A DNA stretch of 63,443 bases, the filler included, from Octopus bimaculoides (lineage: Eukaryota): assembly GCF_001194135.2 (NCBI RefSeq). It is 6 parts of 4 records of this genome, joined end to end, with 100 filler letters (N's around TTAATTAATTAA, not from the genome) between each part and the next. Parts side by side here need not be neighbours in the genome. Positions count along the whole stretch, not along the records: positions 42,411 to 58,021 come from NC_069009.1; positions 58,122 to 61,987 come from NC_068991.1; positions 62,088 to 63,443 come from NW_026408868.1; 3 more parts are not named here. One strand, given 5' to 3'. Each line of letters starts with the position of its first letter. The stretch's first letter is position 1. Both the position numbers and the translations under genes were made by a program. The notes below the pieces were generated by a model that was not told the origin of the DNA, searched no databases, and worked only from the letters and a program-made list of their open reading frames with translations. Below are positions 53,101 through 63,443 of this stretch, piece after piece.

Positions 53101-53730
53101 TTGTTTAAAAGAGTTCCAACACTGTCTGTTTTTTATGTTTTATTTATATTCCTGCAGAACTAATGTGGGGTATAGAATATGGAATATACAATATATAATA
53201 TAATATACAATATACAATATAAAACAAAATAAAATAAAAATGGATGGCACCATGAAAGAAAGTATTGAATGTAGATGAAATATTGAGTGTTCAGTATAAA
53301 GGATCAAATATATAAATATATAAATATAAATATATAAAGGCGACTCGAGTTTCAGGGTTATTTCCCTTCGTCATGGCCGGTATGACAGACTTTATATCAC
53401 AACAGGTTTCTTACATAAGGACACAGGATGTGTGTCAAGGCCGACAGGAAGCGGTGCAGCTTCCTAGGTCTAACCAACAGTAGTATTATTGCCCCCAGGG
53501 GACTGTCACATTAAGTTGACAGCATACAACTACTTCAGGCTTCTTACAGTTTTACAGTTTCTGCCCACCAAATCCAATCACAAGGCATTGATCTTCCCAA
53601 GGCTACACAAGGAAATGCTTGCCCAAGGTGCCACACAATGGAAATGAACCCAGAACCATGTAGCTGCAAAGTGAGATGCTTACCACACATCCATGCCTGC
53701 ATCCATCTATCTATCTATCCATCTATCTAT

Positions 53731-53764
<34 letters not shown>

Positions 53765-54859
53765 GTCTGTCTGTCTAGTTTTAGCTATCTGCCTGCTTGT
53801 CTGTCTACCTATGTGTCTGTCTGTCCATCTATCTATCTATTGATTGATCTATATATATATATATATATATAGGCGTAGGAGTGGCTGTGTGGTAAGTAGC
53901 TTGCTTACTAACCACATGATTCTGGGTTCAGTCCCACTGCGTGACACCTTGGGCAAGTGTCTTCTACTATAGCTTCGGGCCGACCAAAGCCTTGTGAGTG
54001 GATTTGGTAGACGGAAACTGAAAGAAGCCCGCCGTATATATGTATAAATATATACATGTATGTGTGTGTGTCTGTATTTGTCCCCCCAACATCGCTTGAC
54101 AACCGATGCTGATGTGTTTACTTCCCCGTAACTTAGCGGTTTGGCAAAAGAGACTGATAGAATAAGTACTAGGCTTACAAAGAATAACTCCTAGGGTCGA
54201 TTTGCTCGACTAAAGGTGGTGCTCCAGCATGGCTGCAGTCAAATGACTGAAACATGTAAAAGAGTAAAAGAGAGTATATATATATATATATATATATATG
54301 TGAGTAAAAATAAATACAAAAAAAGGGGTTTTGTATGATTGTGTATAGAGGAATATATCATTTTGTTTAAAAGAGTTNNNNNNNNNNNNNNNNNNNNNNN
54401 NNNNNNNNNNNNNNNNNNNNNNNNNNNNNNNNNNNNNNNNNNNNNNNNNNNNNNNNNNNNNNNNNNNNNNNNNNNNNNNNNNNNNNNNNNNNNNNNNNNN
54501 NNNNNNNNNNNNNNNNNNNNNNNNNNNNNNNNNNNNNNNNNNNNNNNNNNNNNNNNNNNNNNNNNNNNNNNNNNNNNNNNNNNNNNNNNNNNNNNNNNNN
54601 NNNNNNNNNNNNNNNNNNNNNNNNNNNNNNNNNNNNNNNNNNNNNNNNNNNNNNNNNNNNNNNNNNNNNNNNNNNNNNNNNNNNNNNNNNNNNNNNNNNN
54701 NNNNNNNNNNNNNNNNNNNNNNNNNNNNNNNNNNNNNNNNNNNNNNNNNNNNNNNNNNNNNNNNNNNNNNNNNNNNNNNNNNNNNNNNNNNNNNNNNNNN
54801 NNNNNNNNNNNNNNNNNNNNNNNNNNNNNNNNNNNNNNNNNNNNNNNNNNNNNNNNNNN

Positions 54860-54894
<35 letters not shown>

Positions 54895-55890
54895 GAGAAA
54901 CAAACCCTACACCAGCAACAAAAAGAAGCACAATGAAAAGCCATTACAACAGGAACATAAACATCAACAACCACTTAAAACTCGTTGTGTATATATCGTA
55001 TATTATACATAAACATTTGCGTATAAACAAGTGTATATAAACATTTTTATGGATTACATTTCAAATTGTTGTGACCTGTTTCTGCCTCCAGGATTCATGG
55101 TGGCTCCTTTCTATTTCTGGGCAACATCATTCTTTTTTAACCTCCCACCTCTTCTTTTCCTTTTTTCTTCTTTTTTTGTCTTCCTCTTCTTCTTCTTCTT
55201 CTTCTATATGTTCGTAGGTAAGTAGCTAGCCATGTGTGCATGTATGTGTTGGCTAATAATATATGTCTGCATGCATGTACTTGTGTATATGTTTTTCACC
55301 TTCTTTCTTTTCTTATCCTGTCTTCTTTTTTCTTCACCTTGTAAATGTTTTTGTTATTCTTTTTTTCTTCCCCTTTCTCTTGCCTACTTTTCTCCCAATT
55401 CTTCTTCTTCTTCTTCTTCTTCTTCTTCTTCTTCTTCTTCTCCTTCTTCTTCTTCTTCTTCCATTTCTTCTTCTCAACCACATGGTTCCAGGTTCAGTCC
55501 CACTGCATAGCACCTTGGGTAAGTGTCTTCTACTCTAGCCCTGGGCCAACCAAAGCCTTGTGTGTGGATTTGGTAGATGGAAACTGAGAGAAGCTCATCG
55601 TATGCGTGTATGAGTGTGCATGTGTACACATGTGTGCGTTTGTGTTTGTGTTTCTGTGTATGTGTGTGTCTTTGTGTCTGTTTCTGTCCCATCACTGCAT
55701 GACAAACAGTTTTGGCATGTTTATGCACCTGTAACCTAGCAGTTCAGCAAAAGCGACCAACAAAATAAGCAGCAGGCTTTAAACAAAATAAGAAGTACTG
55801 GGGTTGATTTGTTTGAGCAAAACACTTCAAGGCAGAGCTCCAGCATGGCCGCATGTTTCAGTCAAATGACCGAAACAAATGAAAGAATAA
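51960..55890. mobile_element. Further SINE family A copies: 51960-52320(+), 52360-52740(-), 53540-53700(-), 53870-54275(+), 55470-55890(+)
   Basis: Same diagnostic blocks. The 53870-54275 copy is full length and little diverged. Confidence 0.82.
53339..53378 (-). ncRNA. Minimal type I hammerhead motif with a 1-nt insertion in the core
   Basis: Minus strand: ggc-C[A]TGACGA-aggg(aaataa)ccct-GAA-ACTCGAGT-C-gcc. Perfect stem II, palindromic stem III, GUC triplet, 3-bp stem I. Confidence 0.6.
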
Positions 55891-56527
55891 TAGAATAAAT
55901 TTCTAAAGACCAATTTCTGTAAATGAAGTGGTTATTAATCTTTAGAAAACTTTCCTATGAAACATTCTTATGAAGGCCCCAGCTGTGAACCTATCAATGC
56001 TAAAATATGAGAAACCCAGCGATTAGTGAATAGAAAGCTATTTTGCTAATGTTCTTTTTCTGTGGGGGGCATTTTTAACAAGAAATTTGTGATAAAATAT
56101 TGTTTTTATCTCAAGGTGTGGTTTGCTATTGAGCTATAAATAATTTTATAATTGCTTGCATTATCTGTGTTATCAATGTCGTTAACTCCACGGCTATTGT
56201 TACTTAGAATACAAAAGACGAAGGGCTTTGGGGGGGGGGGATAATGTGTTTTGTAACAAAATTTGGAAGGGTTGAATGTTATGGATTTTTATATGTGTTT
56301 TAGTAAGTGGGACGTGGGCCATGCCGTATGTAGGTCAGCGATAACTTTGCACATGGTTTGAAGATGTGTCTGCTTATATTGGTGTAGGCNNNNNNNNNNN
56401 NNNNNNNNNNNNNNNNNNNNNNNNNNNNNNNNNNNNNNNNNNNNNNNNNNNNNNNNNNNNNNNNNNNNNNNNNNNNNNNNNNNNNGGGGGGGGGGGGCGA
56501 CATACAGCTACACACATGCACTTGTCA

Positions 56528-56720
56528 TTATCATCTTCATTTAATGTCTGTTTTCCATGCTGGCATGGGTTGGACGGTTTGACAGGAGCTGACAAGCTGG
56601 AAAACTGCCCCAGACTGCAATTGTCTGCTTTTGGCATGGTTTCTACAGCTGGATACCCTTCCTAATGCCAACCACTCTACTTTGTGTACTGGCTGCATTT
56701 TAAGTGACACCAGCATCAGT
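56528..56720. mobile_element. Retroposon-tail-like interspersed repeat fragment
   Basis: Contains tttctacagctggatacccttcctaatgccaacc, recalled as an RTE-type tail motif. Not verified. Confidence 0.35.
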
Positions 56721-56808
56721 GCATTATTTACATTTGACGGATATTTGTCCTCATCTTGTTTGTCGTTAACACATTTCAGCTGATATACCCTCCAGCCTTC
56801 ATCAGATG
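56721..56808 (-). mobile_element. Second, inverted copy of the hammerhead-bearing repeat at 150-331
   Basis: Minus strand: CTGATGA-a-ggctg(gagggtatat)cagct-GAAA-tgtgtt followed by aacgacaaacaagatgaggacaaatatccgtcaa, shared with the first copy. Stem III is deleted. Confidence 0.55.
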
Positions 56809-56989
56809 GTAGTGGAAGCTGAGGGCAGCTACTTTGAGAAAACAGTTATCTCCCAACCATTATATTAATATTTTTTGATATTTTAAAAATACTTTCATTT
56901 TTGGATGGAATTCTGTGCTTTCTTTACCTTTTGTGCAAACCATCAAATTTAGTCTCAACACCCTGCACACACACACACACACACACATG

Positions 56990-57490
56990 ACAGGCTTCTA
57001 TCAACCCATAAGGCTTTGGTCAGCATGGGGCTGTAGGAGAAGACCATTGCCCAAGGTGCTGTGCAGTGGAACTGAACCTAAGACTATTTAAGTACAAAAC
57101 AAGCTTCTCAACAACCACCCACCCACGTCTGTGTCTCTAGATTTATAAATTTAATTAAGCTCATAAATGGATTTATAATAAGATTTCTATTTCTTTATAC
57201 AGCAATTAGATTGCTAATTAGCTTTATATTTATCTAACGATGTAATTAGTCCATTCAGATATATTTTATACTTGTAGTTCTATGTTTGGGTTTTTGGCCT
57301 ATTTGCTGTATATAGACAGATGCACTTTTAAGCCCACATACATATGTATATAAGGTGCAGTTTGCTTCTGAACCGCATGGTTCTGAGTTCAGTCCTACTG
57401 CATGGCACCTTGAGCAAGTGTCTTCTACTGTAGCCTTGAACTGACTGAAGCCTTGTGAGTGGATTTGGTAGATAAAAACTGAAAGATGCC
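56990..57490. mobile_element. Two SINE family A 5' fragments (56990-57130 -, 57335-57490 +)
   Basis: Core ggcaccttgagcaagtgtcttctact and its reverse complement. Confidence 0.7.
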
Positions 57491-57539
57491 TCTGTGTGTG
57501 TGTATAGACACACTATCCATTTGTAATAAAAAAAATATG

Positions 57540-58010
57540 AACTGTTATCGGAATTTACATACCATGGACAAGAAGACTCTTTACCCATTCTACACATCAG
57601 TTTCCTTGGATAATGGAACTGCAACTGTAACATCCAACATATATTTTTATTTTTATTCTCATATTTTCTCATATTTCCCTTTGTACTTCCTATATCTCTC
57701 CCTTTCCAAAATAACTCCTTATATTGAACTCTACTATTTCCCTCTATTTAACTCTCTCATATCGTCTCTGATGAAGCGATGTCTCTCATATCCCTGAAAC
57801 AGTTGTAAGACTACCTTTCTCTTTATAAATGTCCTAGAAATTTCACACTGTTTTGACCTTGTCTCATATTATTTAACATATACATGCTCATGCACGACTC
57901 GCATTAGACTCCTCACCCATACTATTATTGAACTGGGAGCTTAACAGCGGTCCTTACATAGCACTTATATAGCCTTACTTGCATATTGGATGCCAAAACC
58001 TCTCATATAT
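57540..58010 (+). mobile_element. Probable Penelope-like 3' terminal fragment containing the intact hammerhead
   Basis: KKTLYPF..SLDNG resembles the TL.P.GLN end of GIY-YIG domains. It is followed by a pyrimidine-rich UTR and the hammerhead motif. Confidence 0.4.
57764..57811 (+). ncRNA. Minimal type I hammerhead ribozyme motif with intact core (Penelope-type)
   Basis: gtct-CTGATGA-agcgatgt(ctctc)atatccct-GAA-ACAGTTGT-A-agac. Stem I 4 bp, stem II 7 of 8 pairs, stem III self-complementary with G.U pairs, cleavage triplet GUA. Confidence 0.72.
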
Positions 58011-59247
58011 ATATATATATANNNNNNNNNNNNNNNNNNNNNNNNNNNNNNNNNNNNNNNNNNNNTTAATTAATTAANNNNNNNNNNNNNNNNNNNNNNN
58101 NNNNNNNNNNNNNNNNNNNNNATATGCATATATACATATGTGTATATATATACTGAAAAATAATTATATATATATACATATACATATTATATATGTGTAT
58201 GTGTGTGCGCTTGCTTTCCACTAAGTGTGCACATGCTTGTGTTGGCTCAATCTACGGAGTACCTTTATGTGATGTCAAGCGGAATATGGTCCTCAAAGCC
58301 AAGGCATAACTGTCATTGACAACCGCAATTTTACAAGGAATTTCAAGAGATGTTGTTAACGGCATTGAGCACTTATGGCTAACTCATCTTCAAGAAATGC
58401 CGTTAACATGTGCAGAGTAAGTGAAAAAGTTCGCCAGGAAGTTCGTACGAAAGTGGCTCAGTTACTTGCTATAGTTTAGAATAACTAGCAAGCTCGCTTG
58501 CTAATGTGCGTTGGGGAAACATTTATAGAATTGATTAGGTTCTGGTTAATCTGAAAATGACAAATGAAGAGACACCCAGAAATATTTGCACTGCATAAAT
58601 ATAAGCATATGGTTTGTCAAATGTGATTCTCGGAATATTGGTGGATTGAAATGTCGCCTTTCAGTTCGTAAATTACATCCCAGTCCTGGAGCATGTAGTA
58701 TGTTGTTGCTATGTTTCGTACATTTGAAACAACCCAATGCGTATAAATAAATGCGTATAACTAAATATGATCGATGATGTAATATTTGTAATGTGACACC
58801 GTGTAGACAATATAAGAAATATTACATTATATATTTGTATAATCACCTGTTGAAGAGAATATCGTATTTCTGCGAAAAAACGGATATTATTTGTTATCTA
58901 ATATATAAATCCCGTTCTATCTGTTTTTTGTGAGCATATAACTCGAGTATTGTTCATCCGATCGCGCTGAAATTGTAAATATGAATACATGAGAGAGCGG
59001 GGGGGGCCTAGTATCTGAAGAATTTACGATATCGAATGAAGAACTGGAACAGTAGTAGAGTTCAGTGCTTCTTCTTTCTTCCAGGAGAAGCGAGATGCCG
59101 TTGATTTGTAGTTAAATATACATACATACATACATACATCCGTACCTATGTACATATGTACAAAAATACCGTCGGTGTGGAAATTCTAATGAAATGGCCT
59201 TAGATCTAGATTAGAAACCGGCTCTTTCACTATTGGCAAGAAATATT

Positions 59248-59548
59248 CTTTGCTATTCTTGGCACAAGGCCCGAAACTTGGGGAAGGGGCCAGTCGATTA
59301 CATCGAACCCAGCTCGCCGCCTTATTGGCAAGAAACATTTCTTTATTGCCCACAGAGGGCTAAAATAGAGGGGACAAACAAGGACAGACAAAGGGTTTTA
59401 AGTGCGTAACTGGTATTTATCTAATCGTTCCCGAAACGATGAAAGGTAAAGTCGACCTTGTTGGAATTTGAACTCAGAACGTAACGGCAAACGAAATACT
59501 GCCAAGCAGTTCGCCCAGCGTGCTAACGATTCTGCCAACTCGCCACCT
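59248..59548 (-). mobile_element. Two stacked SINE family B copies bounded by three copies of a 17-bp target sequence
   Basis: Internally deleted B at 59248-59322 and B at 59340-59548. tattggcaagaaatatt variants at 59231, 59323 and 59549. Confidence 0.75.
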
Positions 59549-60619
59549 TATCGGCAAGAAATATTGAAATAAAACTGAATAATGGCATACATACATAGAT
59601 ACATACATATATGTTTCTATGTATATTTATATATGTATATATGTGTGTGTGTGCGTGTCTGTGTGAGTGTGTGCGTGCGAGCGTGTGTGTTTGTGTGTAT
59701 CTTTGTATGTATGTGATATTAACACACACACACATATATACAACAAACAGCTCCTCTATACTCCTACATGTGGTGTGTGTGTGTATGTGTGTGTGTGTGT
59801 CTGTGTTAGTGTGTGTGTGTGTGTGTGTTTGTCACGCATATATGGTAATAAATCATCAAACAATCATAGAATTATAATTACACTGTCACATAAACACACG
59901 TGCATGAGCGCGCAAAGACGTGTGACTTACATGAGATAAGATATATCGCCCTTCCAACAAAATCAAAGATTTATATGAGCTTATCCCTAGGAAGTACTGA
60001 CATACATATATACATACATCATACATATATGTATTATGTATATTTATATGTATACATATATATNNNNNNNNNNNNNNNNNNNNNNNNNNNNNNNNNNNNN
60101 NNNNNNNNNNNNNNNNNNNNNNNNNNNNNNNNNNNNNNNNNNNNNNNNNNNNNNNNNNNNNNNNNNNNNNNNNNNNNNNNNNNNNNNNNNNNNNNNNNNN
60201 NNNNNNNNNNNNNNNNNNNNNNNNNNNNNNNNNNNNNNNNNNNNNNNNNNNNNNNNNNNNNNNNNNNNNNNNNNNNNNNNNNNNNNNNNNNNNNNNNNNN
60301 NNNNNNNNNNNNNNNNNNNNNNNNNNNNNNNNNNNNNNNNNNNNNNNNNNNNNNNNNNNNNNNNNNNNNNNNNNNNNNNNNNNNNNNNNNNNNNNNNNNN
60401 NNNNNNNNNNNNNNNNNNNNNNNNNNNNNNNNNNNNNNNNNNNNNNNNNNNNNNNNNNNNNNNNNNNNNNNNNNNNNNNNNNNNNNNNNNNNNNNNNNNN
60501 NNNNNNNNNNNNNNNNNNNNNNNNNNNNNNNNNNNNNNNNNNNNNNNNNNNNNNNNNNNNNNNNNNNNNNNNNNNNNNNNNNNNNNNNNNNATATATATA
60601 TATATATATATATACAAGT

Positions 60620-60835
60620 GTGTGTGTGTATCTTTGTGTCTGTGTTTGTCCCACCGCTTGACAACCAGAACCAGTGTTCGTGTATTTGCTTCCTTGTAAC
60701 CTAGCGCTTCGGCAACAGAGGCCGATAGAGTAAGTACCAGGCTTTAAAATGATGTACTGGGTCGATTCTTTTGACTAAAACTTCAAAGCAGTGCTCTAGC
60801 ATGGCTGCAGTCTTATGACTGTAATAAGTAAAAAG
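60620..60835 (+). mobile_element. SINE family A 3' half
   Basis: cgcttgacaacc..taacctagcgcttcggcaacagaggccgatagagtaagtaccaggc..ctagcatggctgcagtc. Confidence 0.7.
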
Positions 60836-63154
60836 TAAAAAAAAAATGTGATAATGGCGATGTGACGACGACGACGACGACGACGGCACGACGATGATGA
60901 TAAAGACGACAATGGTGGTGATGATGATAACAAGTACGACGGTGGCAGTGGCTATGAGGATGCTAGAAATAGCAGTTTTGGTATTATCTGCAGTCGTATT
61001 ATTATTGGTTGACGTCATACTGGTTACGAGGTTACTCTGGGTACGCTGGTACTGAGGCCACAGTCGCAGCTGTTAGTGCTAAGCGTAACCTGCAGGATGC
61101 GAACTGAGGAGATCTAACCGGGCCGGAAACCACATGCTACGAATTTATATATTCCTGAACAAACACAGCGAACCAGTTCTGTTTCAGAAGACCACACGTA
61201 GCCAACACATTTAAACAGATAGACACAGAACGCATACAGATCTCTGCTGGAGTTTTGACGTTCCTCGGCAGACATATTGTTATGAACGAAATACAGCGGA
61301 GATTTAGAAAAAAAATATCAGTAGTTCGTCATGTTTTTTCCTTTTTTTTTTTGTGATTTTGATCTGGCAGGTGGGGTCTATTCTTATGTTGTGTATGATA
61401 ATGTAAACTTATTCCTGTTTCCTGTGTGAAGATATAGTTATAAATACATTAAAAAATACATGCACAAATGACTTTGTGTTTATGTATGTATGCATATATG
61501 TATGTATGTATATANNNNNNNNNNATATATATGGGTATATGTGCGTGTGTTTGTGTGTATGTTTGCATTTGTTGCGGAGTGTTATTTTTACATTTCTGTT
61601 TTATGAAGCAGAGTTTGTTGCCTATGTATTTGTAAATGTTTCTCCAATTCTGTTTGAAACGTGGATATTTTATAATAAATTCTTTCAGGTCGATGGATAT
61701 ATGTGTCGGAGGGCCATTATAAAACGCATTAAGATTTTATTTAAAAGATTAAATTAAAAATTTTGAATCTTGACAAACATGCCAAAAAATTCAGAAGAAA
61801 GGGGAAAGGTCTTCTAGCTTGCTTGCATATGATTGTATGTTTTTTATGGGTGTGCATTTAGGCTTGTGCTCTGATATTAGAAAATTTTGTGAGAATTTTG
61901 GATGGAGATGGGGAACCTACAACCTAATTACCACTCCCTTCAAACCCACATATCTAAGGGAGATTTTAATTCAACAGACTATATATANNNNNNNNNNNNN
62001 NNNNNNNNNNNNNNNNNNNNNNNNNNNNNNNTTAATTAATTAANNNNNNNNNNNNNNNNNNNNNNNNNNNNNNNNNNNNNNNNNNNNATATATACCGCTG
62101 ATAGTTGTTGTTGACAAACAACGGCACTAATTTTATTCAAGGGAAAAAATCCCGTAACACCGTTGTTTACATTCCACGGCGTAATTGTTTCCACCTCAAT
62201 AGACGTCAGTGATTGGTTGAAATTACCGAAATACGACAATTTTTTTACATGAAATAACTTCGAATACAAAATTTTTTTATCTGTTCAATAACACAAAATA
62301 TACAAGTATTCGAAGTTTGAAAGTGTTTCGGTACCAAAAACACTACATAAAAAAATGTTGCCCGTCAAATCATAAAGATCTCACACGTTTCCTTTTTTTA
62401 TATTTGTAGTTTACTTTGTACCTTCTCACGTTCCTTCAAGGCGCTGCCCCAGCATGACAGCAGTCGGGTGATTGAAACAAGTGAAAGTAAAACCGCGTGT
62501 ATGTGGGTTGTACTTAAAGAAAGGAATGTGTGTCACAAGTACTCGTGCACCTTTTACACGTAATAAGTCATACACTGAAGGAGCGAGTATTTTTTGTTGA
62601 TTGAACGCGAAAGCTCATCGTCAGAGATTCGCCATTTCTTTGCACTTTCTATCTACCTGTCTACATACATATGGAAAACTTGGCAAGCGGATCGAAGGCA
62701 ACAATTAGCCATTGTCTCTCTCTTTGTCTGTCTTCTCTCTGTCTCTTTCCCCACTCTCTCTAACCCTTTCTCCCTTTATCTCTTTCCCCCACTATCTTTG
62801 ACTCTTTCTCCCTTCAGCTCTGTCTCTCTCTTTCCGCTTGTCTGTTTCTCTCTCTACCCTTTCTGCCTGTCGTCTTTCTCTATGTCTTTCTCTTTCTCTC
62901 TCGGTTTCTCCCTCTCTATGTCTGTCTTTTTCTTTCTCTCAGTCTTATAGCCTGGGTGGGGGGAATGAAAGCGGGTATGTATAAAAGAGAAACCAAGAGG
63001 GATAGAAAGAGGTGAACAGATAGTGTGACTGTGGAGAATGAGAAACGGTTTTGTATGAATGGGAAAGCGTGAGAGACAGACAGTGATAGAGAGATGGCGG
63101 GGAGGATAAGAGCGACGATGAAAGAGAAAGGAGAACGTGGATGTGTGTGTATGT

Positions 63155-63198
<44 letters not shown>

Positions 63199-63443
63199 AC
63201 AAGAAAATGGTTGTGTATGGAAAAAGTGTGAGAGGCTGAGAAATAGAGAGAGTGGGGTGGAAGCATCTAAGAAATAAATGTAAAGAGAGAGAGAGAGAGA
63301 GAGTGACTAAGTGATAGATAGTAGACATACGAGAGAGAGAGAGAGAGAGTGAGACTGTATGAAAAGTTCCATTATGACGTCATAGTGTTATTTCAAGTGT
63401 AATGTGTGACATGGTTGTGTGAAGGCGGGGGTTACTGGGGGGG

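Noticed and set aside
60845-61030. Asp/Gly-rich or hydrophobic reading frames
   Set aside because: Decayed GAC/GAT/GGT trinucleotide repeat; no start or splice support.
61105-61135. CTGAGGA..GGAAAC
   Set aside because: Stem II cannot pair.

Overview
AT-rich, microsatellite- and gap-riddled eukaryotic genomic DNA from a draft assembly. The repeat landscape looks like a coleoid cephalopod (octopus-like), which is an inference. One protein-coding gene is well supported: a two-exon minus-strand eclosion hormone (EH)-like neuropeptide precursor. A 9-nt coding micro-exon (ATG AAA AAG, 21664-21672) splices to a 282-nt exon (16784-17065), giving a 96-aa secreted peptide with C-x3-C-x2-C-x12-C-x3-C-x11-C spacing, which the ORF track only partly shows. 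Its 4.6-kb intron contains a near-perfect 60-nt hairpin, a Tc1/mariner remnant, SINEs and an RTE fragment. The rest is mostly mobile DNA: at least two tRNA-derived SINE families (about 25 copies, some stacked with shared target-site duplications), a decayed DD34D mariner, a degraded Penelope-like element, L1/Tx1, R4-like and RTE LINE fragments, and three MITE/foldback elements. At least four sequence-distinct families of minimal type I hammerhead ribozyme motifs with palindromic stem III occur, one with an intact catalytic core (57764-57811). Almost all ORFs in the supplied track are artefacts of microsatellites, N gaps or TTAATTAATTAA scaffolding linkers. All calls come from reading the sequence by eye; no searches were run, and repeat boundaries are approximate.
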